Source: Thermoproteota archaeon (lineage in GTDB: Archaea; Korarchaeota; Korarchaeia; Korarchaeales; Korarchaeaceae). Taken from it: a stretch of DNA of 64,000 nt. The stretch lies in the NCBI GenBank assembly GCA_026986575.1, contig JALSOH010000004.1, forward strand, positions 224,001-288,000, given 5' to 3'. The first letter of the stretch is position 1, and every line of letters starts with the position of its first letter. Positions 39,907 to 49,557 of this stretch are shown in pieces. The notes beneath the pieces were generated by a model, which was given only the letters and a program-made list of their open reading frames with translations, was not told the origin of the DNA and ran no database searches. The position numbers and the translations under genes were made by a program.

Positions 39907-41132
39907 AACCTCACCTCCTCCGAGAGCTCTATCTTCTCATACTCTGGCTTGAGCTTGTACCAGTAGTAGGGTCTCCCTAGCCGATCGGAAGTTATCCTCC
40001 CAATCCCATCTTTGGTCATCTTAACTATGTCCTCATACGTTACGTCCCTGCCTCCTAAACCCGTAACGTAGTTGACTATGGGAGGACTGCCAGATCTGTT
40101 GTAAAGCGAAGATCGTACCTCTATCCCAATGGGACCGCCAGAGCTGAAGGCAATGCTCCTGTCTATGATGATCGCTCCCTTCCTGTCCTGCAGAACCTCA
40201 GCCATGTCCCTATGGGGAAACGGCCTAAACGCTCTCACCTTCAAGAGGCCGACCTTCATTCCCTCCTCCCTGAGCTCGTCCACCGCAACCTCGGCCTCAG
40301 AGGCCATGGTACCGGCCGTTACTATGATGTAGTCGGCGTCCTCCACTTTGTACTTCCAAGTGGCCCCTCCATGGTACCTGCCGAACTTCTGGAAGAACTC
40401 CTCAGCGACATCCTCGATGAGGTCGAGAGCCCTCCTCATCGAGAGGTCCATGGACCACCTCATCTCCTGATACTCATCTGGAAGCGCCAGATTGCCGAAT
40501 GTTATAGGATTCTCAGGATCTAGCTTCCAGTGAGGTGGGCTGTACTCTGGGAGGAACTCATCGACATCCTCCTGCCTCGGGACATTGACGGGCATGTAGG
40601 TGTGACTGAGCACGAATCCGTCCAAACACACCATGAACGGCAGGAGGACATCGGGGTGTTCAGCCACCTTGTACATCATGAGTATTGTATCCAACACTTC
40701 CTGATTTGATGATATGTAGACTTGGAGCCAGCCAGTATCCCTCTGGGACATGGCGTCTTGGTGATCGACATGAATGTTCCAAGGGGGGCCCACCGCCCTG
40801 TTGACGACGGCCATACCTATCGGCAGCCTAGAGCCAGCCGCCCAGTGGAGAACCTCCGACATCAGCAGCAATCCTTGACTGGCGGTGGCCGTGAAGGCCC
40901 TCACCCCGGCTGCTGACGCCCCTATAGCAGCGGCCATGGCACTGTGCTCGCTCTCAACCCTTATATACTCGGCATCCATGTGGCCTGACTCTATGAACGA
41001 AGCTATGTACTCCACTATGGTCGTCTGAGGGGTAATAGGATACGCTGGAACGACCTTAACACGAGCAAGCTTAGCTGCTATGGCTGCGGCATGATTACCA
41101 GTTATTATCTCCCAAGTTCCCTCGACCGCCAT
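39903..41132 (-). CDS. porA: 2-oxoacid:ferredoxin oxidoreductase alpha subunit
   Basis: AYPITPQT, VESEHSA, TASQGL, DGFVLSH, FRPFP, GLGGRD. Confidence 0.92.
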   Translation of the reverse strand: MAVEGTWEIITGNHAAAIAAKLARVKVVPAYPITPQTTIVEYIASFIESGHMDAEYIRVESEHSAMAAAIGASAAGVRAFTATASQGLLLMSEVLHWAAGSRLPIGMAVVNRAVGPPWNIHVDHQDAMSQRDTGWLQVYISSNQEVLDTILMMYKVAEHPDVLLPFMVCLDGFVLSHTYMPVNVPRQEDVDEFLPEYSPPHWKLDPENPITFGNLALPDEYQEMRWSMDLSMRRALDLIEDVAEEFFQKFGRYHGGATWKYKVEDADYIIVTAGTMASEAEVAVDELREEGMKVGLLKVRAFRPFPHRDMAEVLQDRKGAIIIDRSIAFSSGGPIGIEVRSSLYNRSGSPPIVNYVTGLGGRDVTYEDIVKMTKDGIGRITSDRLGRPYYWYKLKPEYEKIELSEEVRL

Positions 41133-41133
41133 A

Positions 41134-41403
41134 TCACTCCTCCTCCTTGGTCATTTGTATGGCCTTCGTGGGGCATACGTCAGCGCAGACACCGCATCCC
41201 TTGCAGAATGTATAATCTATCTGCGGGAACCCGTTGGGTCCCTCGGTTATCACATCCTCAGGACAGTAAAGCCAGCACAGCCAGCACTTTATGCACTTAT
41301 CCTCATCAACTACGGGCTTCTCGACCCTCCAAAGACCAGTTTTACCAGCCGATCCTTTAGACGGCTTAGATACTGGGATGATAATCGGGACACCTAGGCC
41401 CAT
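41134..41403 (-). CDS. porD: 2-oxoacid:ferredoxin oxidoreductase delta subunit (2x[4Fe-4S])
   Basis: KTGLWR..KP, CIKCWLCWLYCP, CKGCGVCADVCP. Confidence 0.92.
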   Translation of the reverse strand: MGLGVPIIIPVSKPSKGSAGKTGLWRVEKPVVDEDKCIKCWLCWLYCPEDVITEGPNGFPQIDYTFCKGCGVCADVCPTKAIQMTKEEE

Positions 41404-41504
41404 CTAACAGGCACCAAGGACTCTTACAAGAAAACCTCTATAAACATTGTTAAGCATAGATCGGTCGGAAAAAGCCCCTCCTAAAATAAGGAATTTGTAG
41501 GGGC

Positions 41505-41759
41505 TCAGTAAGCCCCCGCACCGGCTCTAGCAGGCCTCCTCTCGACGGCCTCCTCCTTTACTATGAGCCTCTTGCCCTCGAACTCGAGCTCAAGGGTCTC
41601 CCCAGCAAGAGCACCAGGCTTCACGCTCACCTCAATGGGCTGCTCGTCTCTCATGGGGTAAAAGATCTTCCAGACGTTGGCCTTGAGTCCAGGCCTCTTC
41701 TCCTCAAGGAATTCAAGTATCCGGTCCGTCATGGGAACTCCAACCCTTCTCGTTACCAT
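41505..41759 (-). CDS. Small hypothetical protein
   Basis: GAGGTGA SD before ATG 41759; host-like codon usage; no family recognised. Confidence 0.7.
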   Translation of the reverse strand: MVTRRVGVPMTDRILEFLEEKRPGLKANVWKIFYPMRDEQPIEVSVKPGALAGETLELEFEGKRLIVKEEAVERRPARAGAGAY

Positions 41760-41881
41760 ATTGCTCACCTCTCGCACTGCCCGTTATGGGGCCAGTCTAC
41801 TCCCTCGTGCTACTGTCCATTTAAAAATATAATCTCTGGAAAGGTCGCATGCTTATTAGCGTTGGATGGTCTTACCCTAGG

Positions 41882-42845
41882 ATGGACGAGTCCGAAAGGT
41901 TGGAGGGGCTGCCTCCTTGGGCCATAGATACGCTAAAAACACTCGCACTCAGCAAGTCTCTTAAGGAGGGAACTACCAGACGAGTGGAGACATGTGAAAG
42001 TGAGACTGAGACGAGGAGAAATCCGCGATAAACTCCTCACCAGAGAGGAAGCTCATTGAGGCAGCTCCCTCAGCGAAGGCTAAGGCCCTAGTTGCGGCTG
42101 TCTATGATGGAGCTCTGAGGATTTCCGAAGCTATCTCGTTAAGGGTGAAGGATTTAGTGCCCTTTCATCATGATGGCGCCGTTGTGGGTTATATCACTTC
42201 AGCTAGGGGGGAAATGTGGGAGAGAACAATTCTGTTTGTCGACTCCTATCCTTATTTGAGGGAGTGGTTGTTAGTGCATCCCCTACCAGACCCAGATATG
42301 CCCCTCTTTCCCTCTTCCCTTAACATCTATAGACCTATGAGTAGACGAACCGCAGAGGACTTGTTTAAAACCATTAGAAGGAGAGCGGGATCAGAACATG
42401 TGACATGGCATTGGTTGAGGCATACACGACTCACTGAGCTAGCTTCGAAGCTTATAGAGAGCGAATTGAGACTCGTTGTGGGCTAACACCTAACTCGAAG
42501 ATGGTGGAGACCTACTTGCACCTCTCAGGGCGAGATGCCGTCTCAGCGATGGCAAGGAAGGTTTACGGCCTCGAACCAGAGGGTGAGGAACCAATCACAT
42601 CATCCATAGCTCCCAGAGTCTGCCTCGTATGTGGGTATACGAATCCTACAACAGGGAGGCTTTGCCTTCAGTGTGGCGCTGGGCTGGTCCTGAGTGAAGA
42701 GGAGAAAGTAGAAGTTGTAAAAAGGGAGCTGCTCGTGGATAGTATCATGTCCGCCGTAATGAGCGATGAGGAGGCTGCATCACTATTGAGAAAGGCCGTA
42801 GAGATAGCAGTGAAGCGAGGGCTTATCACATTGAGATTAAACTGA
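41882..42845 (+). pseudogene. Tyrosine recombinase/integrase with C-terminal double Zn ribbon, frameshifted
   Basis: KLLTREE / LIEAAPSAKAKALVAAVYDGALRISEAISLRVKD (box I Arg), HWLRHTRLT (HxxR), GGC-TA-ACA-CCT-AAC-TCG-AAG-ATG (GWTPNSKM with a 1-nt loss), catalytic Y in ETYLHLS, CLVC..CLQC. Confidence 0.85.
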
Positions 42846-43578
42846 AAATCCCGCTTCTTCCTCTTCTACCCCAATTGTATATTTTATAACAGCATTTTTC
42901 TTAGCTCATTCCACATGAGAAGAACACTCTCCTTGCTTATCGAAAAACTAGAAAAAATTTGCACTTCAATAAAGTAAGCCCTCTCCTTTGAGATTCGGGG
43001 AAAATAATCTATTTTGAAGGACTTAAGAAAACTGTCAATGGAGGGGAGGGTAATAAAAATAAGAGGGGTATTAGGGGGCTGGTACTTGCTAACACAAAGA
43101 GAAAGGAGAAATGAGAACAACTTAAGACCCATTCTCTCCTCTTCTTGATCATTAAATTAGGATACCTCCTTCTTGGTACTCTATATAATCTTCCCTCCTT
43201 GCTTCTCTTTCTGGTAGAGAAGGGAAGAGAGCAGCCTCGTGGAGAGTGAAAGAGAAGGGGTTAGGAACACCACGCCCATCACATGAAGATGAAAATGGAA
43301 GAGAGCATCACTCACTCTCATAAAGAGGATGAAAGAGATGTTGTTACCTCAAAGAGCACGCAGAAGAACAGGTATCTTCAAGAAAATGAAAAAGAGGGGG
43401 CTGTAACCACTCCCACCGCGTATAATTCCCATCAAGAGGCTAAAAAACACTATTACAGAGAACGCAGAAAGTGACCTGAGCCCAAGTGAGAACCCAGAAG
43501 ATGTGGAGTAGCCTCGCCCATTAAGAGATCAGGGTAAAGGGAAAGAGAATGAGTAATTTTCACTTTCTACTTTCTGGT

Positions 43579-43995
43579 TTAGTATAGCGTCCTCTCTTTG
43601 AAAGTGCCTAACATGTTTAACACTACTTTGATGGGGATCACCTCCAGCTGACCTTCCCTTCCAGTGAGAAGAACCGGGTAACCCCTTTTCAAGCCTAGAG
43701 CGTTGAAGAAGGGCTTGGGAATTGTGTATCTGACCGAACCGTCTCTTTGTTTGACTACCTTTACTTTCTTGACATTCCACCCCCGCCCCCTCAGTATTTG
43801 AACTGCTTTTTGCTTGCCGAGCTCTGAGTCTAGGTTAGTGAAGAGGATGCGATCCTTCCCTAAAATGGCCAGTACGAAGTCACCTATACGCGAGATGATG
43901 TGAGATGTTTGGATGAAGTAGGAATCACATCGAGGTCTCTTCTGAATCAGAACCACACTGTAGTAGGTATGATCGTCCCTTGTGTACGGCGTCAT
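43579..43995 (-). CDS. AbrB/MazE/SpoVT-like DNA-binding protein with N-terminal extension
   Basis: C-terminal KVVKQRDGSVRYTIPKPFFNALGLKRGYPVLLTGREGQLEVIP fits the swapped-hairpin pattern. Confidence 0.7.
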   Translation of the reverse strand: MTPYTRDDHTYYSVVLIQKRPRCDSYFIQTSHIISRIGDFVLAILGKDRILFTNLDSELGKQKAVQILRGRGWNVKKVKVVKQRDGSVRYTIPKPFFNALGLKRGYPVLLTGREGQLEVIPIKVVLNMLGTFKERTLY

Positions 43996-43998
43996 AGT

Positions 43999-44042
43999 AT
44001 CCTATATAGGCTTTTTTCTATTAAATAATTCCTATATAGGAT
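43999..44042. promoter_or_regulatory. Twin palindromic operator/binding sites in the divergent promoter
   Basis: CCTATATAGG at 44001-44010 and 44031-44040; overall 12-bp inverted repeat ATCCTATATAGG...CCTATATAGGAT around an AT-rich spacer. Confidence 0.65.
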
Positions 44043-44075
44043 CTACAAGGTTATATTGGAATTCCCACCACCCCA

Positions 44076-45143
44076 ATGGCGGAGGGTACGAGTGTGAAGA
44101 TAGCCATTGACAAGATCGTCGTTAACCCGGATCTCATAGCTAGGTCGAGTTTAAACGACGAGTACCTTGAAATGCTTGCAAAAAGTCTTGATGAGGATGG
44201 TCTCCTCCATCCGATAACAGTCAGACCACTAAGTGACGGTAGGTATGAGCTAATTGATGGTCTTCATAGGCTAAGTGCGGCAAAAAGGCTTGGTTGGAAG
44301 GATATAGAGGCTAATGTAATCGATGCAGATGACCTAGAGGCGAGGTTTCTCTCCCTCAAGGCGAATCTCGTGAGGAGAAGCTTAGAACCTGTTGAGGAGG
44401 GAGAGGTAGTCTATAGGATAATGGTCAAGCATGGTCTTACTGAGAAGGAGGTAGCAAAGAGGCTGGGGGTCACTACCAAGTGGGTATCTGAGAGGTTGGC
44501 CTTGGTGCTCAAGGTTCCAGAGGAAGTCAAGAAGATGGTTGCTGAAGGTAAGCTCGGTTTAGGACACGCGGTTGTTATCTCCAAGATAGAGGAAAAGGAG
44601 AAGCAGTTAAAGTTCGCCAGACTAATAGTTAGAGAGGGCTGGTCAGTCAAAGAAGCAGAGAGAATGCTACCAGAGTTCTTAAACGACACGATCTACACTA
44701 TAGGCTACGATGGGAGAACTTTCGAGGAGCTACTCTCCATCCTCAAAGAGAACGGCATAGTCATGGTGCTCGATGTGAGACACGATGTGGAGTTCGTCAA
44801 ACCGGAATTTTCGATAGAGGTTCTTAAGAGACAGCTTCCAGCCAATGGGATAAAGTATGTGCACGTTAAGGAGCTCGGAGTCCCCAAACTAATTAGGGAG
44901 CCGTATGTAAAGGGTAAAATGTCCTATGAATGCTTCAGACAATGGTATGAGTGGTGGTTAGAGGAAAACTCCGAAATCCTCGAAAGGGCTTTGAGAGAGG
45001 CAAAATCCACTGGTCCAACAGCTTTACTCTGTCAAGAGAGATATCCTACTCCGAAGAAGGGTCAGAAGCACTACTGCCATAGACATATACTCGCTGAGGT
45101 CGCCTTGGAGTTAGGTATATTTGAAAAAAGACTCGATTTATGA
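44076..45143 (+). CDS. ParB (ParBc + HTH) - DUF488 fusion protein
   Basis: N: GLLHPITVR, YELIDGLHRLSA, ANLVRRSL, HTH EVAKRLGVTTKWVSERL. C (from about 44685): IYTIGY, LDVR, GIKYVHVKELG, LLCQE, CHRHILAE. Confidence 0.85.
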   Translation: MAEGTSVKIAIDKIVVNPDLIARSSLNDEYLEMLAKSLDEDGLLHPITVRPLSDGRYELIDGLHRLSAAKRLGWKDIEANVIDADDLEARFLSLKANLVRRSLEPVEEGEVVYRIMVKHGLTEKEVAKRLGVTTKWVSERLALVLKVPEEVKKMVAEGKLGLGHAVVISKIEEKEKQLKFARLIVREGWSVKEAERMLPEFLNDTIYTIGYDGRTFEELLSILKENGIVMVLDVRHDVEFVKPEFSIEVLKRQLPANGIKYVHVKELGVPKLIREPYVKGKMSYECFRQWYEWWLEENSEILERALREAKSTGPTALLCQERYPTPKKGQKHYCHRHILAEVALELGIFEKRLDL

Positions 45144-46026
45144 GAGGGTATGTAAGCTGCCGAGGGAAAAGATAATAGTTTTGGCAAAAACTTATCCAGA
45201 AGTAAGCTCAAAGTACGGGCCACTTGTCTGCGTTGCAGGAGTTACTCTGAAGGGAGAGTGGAGGAGGCTCTATCCCATCCAGTTCAAGCTTTTCTATGAT
45301 AAGGAATTCGAGCATGCGAAATTCAAGAAATGGGATATCATTGAAGTTGAAACTACCACAGCGGAACACGATCCGAGGAGAGAGAGCAGAAAGGTAGTGG
45401 ATTGGAGAGCTATCAGACCCATTAGTCACGTGAGAGATTGGAGTTTGAGGCTTTACATCACATCGAGATTCTTAGATCCTAGTATCGAGGATATAGTAAA
45501 TAGTGGTAAGAGTCTCGGGATAGTTAAGCCTAGATCTATCAAGAAGTTCTACAGAAAAGAAAGAGCTAGGATCAGAGATAGAGGTGAACTTCAAGTTCTT
45601 GAGAGGATGGAAGCTGTTAGTCTCACCCAATATATTGAGATGGGGGACGAATATTTGCTTCCCGAAGTTAAACGCCGAGAAGTGATTCCCGAAGAATTAC
45701 CTTGGTTGGGATATAGATTCGTGTGTGAGGGTGAAGGTTGTAAGGGACATGACATGATGGTAATAGATTGGGAAATTCAAGAGCTTTACAGAAAATTAAG
45801 ACAGGAGAGGAATGAAGAGGAAGCTTTCGAAAAGACCAAAGAGAAGGCTATGTGGATGGCCACAGAGAGGAACTTATACTTCGTCGTTGGAAACACTTGG
45901 AGATATCACAAAAGCTTCATGATCATCGGCCTTATCTACCCACCGAAGGATGTAAAACCAGTAAATCCATTGGAGGACCTCTTTGAGCAGTCAGAAGAGG
46001 AGGTGCTAACACGGTTTCTTGAGTGA
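45121..46026 (+). CDS. Conserved-looking hypothetical protein of a type recalled next to DUF488 genes (possibly dual OB-fold)
   Basis: LAKTYPEVSSKYGPLVCVAG, WRRLYP, FKKWDII, DPRRES, SLGIVKP, C..C..H, IDWE, FVVGN, FMIIGL.YPP; overlaps the upstream gene by 23 nt. Confidence 0.7.
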   Translation: MKKDSIYERVCKLPREKIIVLAKTYPEVSSKYGPLVCVAGVTLKGEWRRLYPIQFKLFYDKEFEHAKFKKWDIIEVETTTAEHDPRRESRKVVDWRAIRPISHVRDWSLRLYITSRFLDPSIEDIVNSGKSLGIVKPRSIKKFYRKERARIRDRGELQVLERMEAVSLTQYIEMGDEYLLPEVKRREVIPEELPWLGYRFVCEGEGCKGHDMMVIDWEIQELYRKLRQERNEEEAFEKTKEKAMWMATERNLYFVVGNTWRYHKSFMIIGLIYPPKDVKPVNPLEDLFEQSEEEVLTRFLE

Positions 46027-46119
46027 ATTCATCTTATCTGCAGATGGAGAAATTTCCGTGACCGCTAGAGGTTATCTCGCGCTAATAAGGAGATTAGTCT
46101 AAAGTAGTTTTCCCTCATA

Positions 46120-46659
46120 TCCGTATCTCAGTGCTGGTATGTGCACCCTTCACGATCTCAAGGATTCTCTCAACGTCATCCTCCCTACACCATCACGATT
46201 TTCAATCCGAGGGGAACCACCTTTTCTATGTTCCCCTTCACCTGACCGGGCTCATTCCTCACCTCTCCGGGGACTTGACCTCTATTGAGACTGTATCCTC
46301 TAAATCCCAAGTCCATTCTTCTAGAGGGATGGCTAGGAAGTCAGGTTGGAATTCACCCTTCTGCATTAGTGTAACCACTAAGTATCCAGCCTCCTGTAGT
46401 GCATAACAGCTTCCTCGGCCACCGATGGTGACACTTTCCTCACGTTAATCTGTGATCTTAGATATCTCCTTCCCGATCCCGTCGTCTCTAATATCTTTAT
46501 TCTACCCCTCTCCACTTCCTTCCCGGCCTTCAGCCTCATAAGGCCCTGATCTAAGAACTTCTTGATGCGTTTTGGTACATCAGCTCTGCTCAAACCGAGA
46601 CTCTCCTCCATCTCCATCACGTAAGCCTTTTCTCCCAGCATGTCTATGAGATTTAACAC
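46120..46659 (-). pseudogene. wHTH + PD-(D/E)xK nuclease-like remnant, frameshifted
   Basis: 46378-46659 is wHTH-like (ETTGSGRRYL); after a frameshift it reads GYLVVTLMQKGEFQPDFLAIP...SIEVKSP. Confidence 0.45.
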
Positions 46660-46719
46660 TGCATAGTCCTTTGGATCGGGGAGTTTCTCGACATCTATTA
46701 GATAGATCTAAAAACAGAG

Positions 46720-48700
46720 CTACTCTATTCTCATCTCCCTCTCTGATGCCTTGTACGTCTCCCTCATCCTCCTCACTATTTCCATAGCCTCCTCTCTATC
46801 TCTCAAGGCTCGGGGAGGTGGGCTCATCCTCACTCGATATAATAAGAAGGGCTTTCTTGGATCCGAGGGCCTAATCCCCACCAAAGCGACATGGTTCGGT
46901 AGGCTCACCAAATCGTGGCGTATGTCCTCCTTCATACTTGGGCCTATTATGCTCGCTAATCTACTCGCATCCTCTCCTGAAACGCGAAACATTATCTGGG
47001 TAGCTGTATTAGTGAGAATAGAGGCTATTAATTCATCTAAGAGCTGCTTGAGGTTCTGATGAATGTGTGTGCGTAGTAGCTTATATTTCCTACTTTCAGA
47101 AAGTAGAGAGGTTTTGCAGGTTCTGGAACTCATCAACGAATAACAGGATAGGTGTCCTCTCCTCATAAAGGTATTCCCTAGCCCTAGACAGGACAGCGAA
47201 CCATATGGAAAGCGCTACGGCAGCACTCCCAGCTCAAGCACCTAGCCCGGTAGGTCGGCCTTCGAAAATCTCCAGATTACCAATTTACCATCCTCTAGGA
47301 GCTCCTCCATTCTCACAGTACTCTTTCTCCTTGAGAACGTCCCCCTAAGGAGAGGAGATGTAGCGAAAGCCTGTAACTTGTTTAGAGCTGCTGCAAATGC
47401 ATCAGAAGGAAGCCTCTGTATGAATTCCATGCTCTCTTTTATCGCCTGCTCGTCCTTCAGAACCTGTTGCATCTCCATCGTGAGCATCAAACCCTTCTTT
47501 CTAAGCCTCATTATCACGTTATAGAGATCCCTAAACGTTGGCCTATCACTCTTCAAGTAAAGTAGCGTAGACATGTCTGTAAAACCTAAGTTAGTCTAGG
47601 TGCTTTTTGTGTTGCGATGCTAAATAATTGTTCGAAGATCTTCATCATTTCGGAGATTTTCAGCTCAACAAGAATATCACATTTCTCCTCATCCTCATAC
47701 GGAGCTAGTTCGAGAGGATTCGGTGAGTAGCCGACTTCGATTATATCGAAGTAGTAGAGTGAGCTGGGATCCAGATCTACCTCTAGAAGTTCTCTCGCTA
47801 AATCACTATGTGGATCAATTACATGTATGGCAGCCTTATATCTCTTCTTTCTCAGTCCAACTATGAGATTTTCAGTATTGTGCTCTTTCCGTGCCTGAAG
47901 CCCCTATTACATATGTGTGTAGCTCTAACGCGTAGAATGGGAGCTTAAACAGGTCTCATCTCCTCACTGAGAACCTGCGTCAACTCTTCCTTAGCCTCCT
48001 TAACCAGAGTTTTCAACCTCCCTAAACGTTCCATACTTACAAGATCACCCCCGACGCTATGCTGTCTTCTTAGGGGGATAGCTAGCAGCCCTAACTGAAC
48101 TCCGCAAGCCACTTTAGAGGAAGAGACTCGTCATCGGGTAACCTCACGAAATCAGTGATCTCTTGCGATGTCGCTGGGATTGTGAGTAAATGCTTCATAT
48201 CCAGCCTCTCTTCAATCCTCTTCTTCAATGAGCCCCTATTCACCTTAATTCCACGATATGCGATCTCCTTTATATATCCTTCTAGCTAGGAGACCCTTCA
48301 CGACATATAGTTGAAGAGACTCATAATCCCCTCTCTGTGCCCATGCATCCTTCAAAAGAAGGGAAGCCATCTTCCTAGCCATCTCTCGCCAGTCATATTC
48401 AATTACCAATATCTGGAGCAGGGCCCTTTCTGCTGTGGAGAGGGAACGGAGTGCGTTGTTTATCGAATTCACTCCGCTAGGCTCAATAAACGTAAAACCG
48501 TTCCCTACTGAAAAGGCCAACGATAAAGATGACAGCAAGTGGGTTAGGAGGTACCCAGATCCTCACCTTCCTAAAGCTAACATTCCTATACACTCCTCTC
48601 AGCAGATCGACCATCTCTCTACGCGAGGGAGAGAAGATCCTCGTCCTTATCTTCCCACCCTCAATATGATACTCTATACACCCCCTGAAGCCACTGGCTA
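46720..48700 (-). pseudogene. VirD4/TraG/HerA-like (DUF87) ATPase, multiple frameshifts and stops
   Basis: HTYVIGASGT[fs]KS Walker A (about 47885-47920), IHVIDPHSDLA, NPLE, LLFVDEFQN Walker B (about 47120-47150), SESRKY, HQ, NTATQIMFRVSGEDA. Confidence 0.8.
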
Positions 48701-48759
48701 GTTGGAGTGCCTCCTCTTTTCCAATTCAACTGGTGGATACTCTATCTCATATCCAAGAA

Positions 48760-49255
48760 CTACCGTTTCCTCTTCACCTCCACTTCAACATCTGAGAAGA
48801 CGAGTACGGTGTCTCCCTCCAATTCACCCTTCAATAGCACGCGTGTACCCTTATACGAGGTGAAAACACGCGTGAGATTGACGTAATTCTTCCCTTTTCT
48901 CACTGTATAATCCGTGATGGGGCGTACGGCCACCTCCACATTGTATTCTCCCCTCTCCTTCTCTTCTATCTCTCCCTCATCTTCAACAGTGAAAGATACA
49001 GTCAGAGGCATCGTCTCCAAGAGAGGGAAACTTGACAGCTCTCAGCCTCGCAGGTCTGAAAACCAGCTTCACAGTGCACCTTCCATCCTTCATGTATGTG
49101 TACTCCTCGATCGCGAAGAGTAGCTTCTCCTCCGCCCACTTTCCTAACTTGATACCTCTCTTCTCCACCTCCTCTCTCAGCTTCCTGAAAGCCTCGTTCC
49201 TTACTTCATTGTAATCCTTTCCCTCTAGGAGGACGGCTATCTTTTCATCGCTCAC
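48760..49255 (-). pseudogene. Hypothetical protein, probably one gene split by a frameshift (48983-49255 + 48760-49020)
   Basis: Two overlapping coding-like ORFs in different frames. Confidence 0.4.
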
Positions 49256-49545
49256 TCGCGCGCGATGCCTCGATCGGTATCACAGGTACCTCCTCCCTCT
49301 CCAGTGAAGTGATCCTCCAGCCTATGGGTATGAACCTCCTTTGCAGATACTCTACGACCTCCTCCACTATACACCCATAATGGCGGATTGAACATCTTAT
49401 CATCTAGCACTTCACCGCTAGGACCCTTAACGATCAATCTCAGGGAAGGATTGTGGACGTACTCATCAGGTCTCCTAGTAAACATAAAAATACCAGCATT
49501 TGTTGCCGTATACTCACCATTCCTACTTGTTACGCGCGCTTTCAC
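49252..49545 (-). CDS. Hypothetical protein (element-borne)
   Basis: Coding-like ORF coupled to the downstream ORF by a 4-nt overlap. Confidence 0.45.
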   Translation of the reverse strand: MKARVTSRNGEYTATNAGIFMFTRRPDEYVHNPSLRLIVKGPSGEVLDDKMFNPPLWVYSGGGRRVSAKEVHTHRLEDHFTGEGGGTCDTDRGIARE

Positions 49546-49557
49546 CGTATAAAGAGG

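Noticed and set aside
42850-43560. ORFs 42884-43132, 43283-43474 and purine/pyrimidine-skewed sequence
   Set aside because: Low complexity with no motifs; cannot be supported as genes.
44076-45143. Ordinary ParAB partition locus
   Set aside because: No ParA/Soj ATPase is visible nearby, and the C-terminal domain is DUF488-like.
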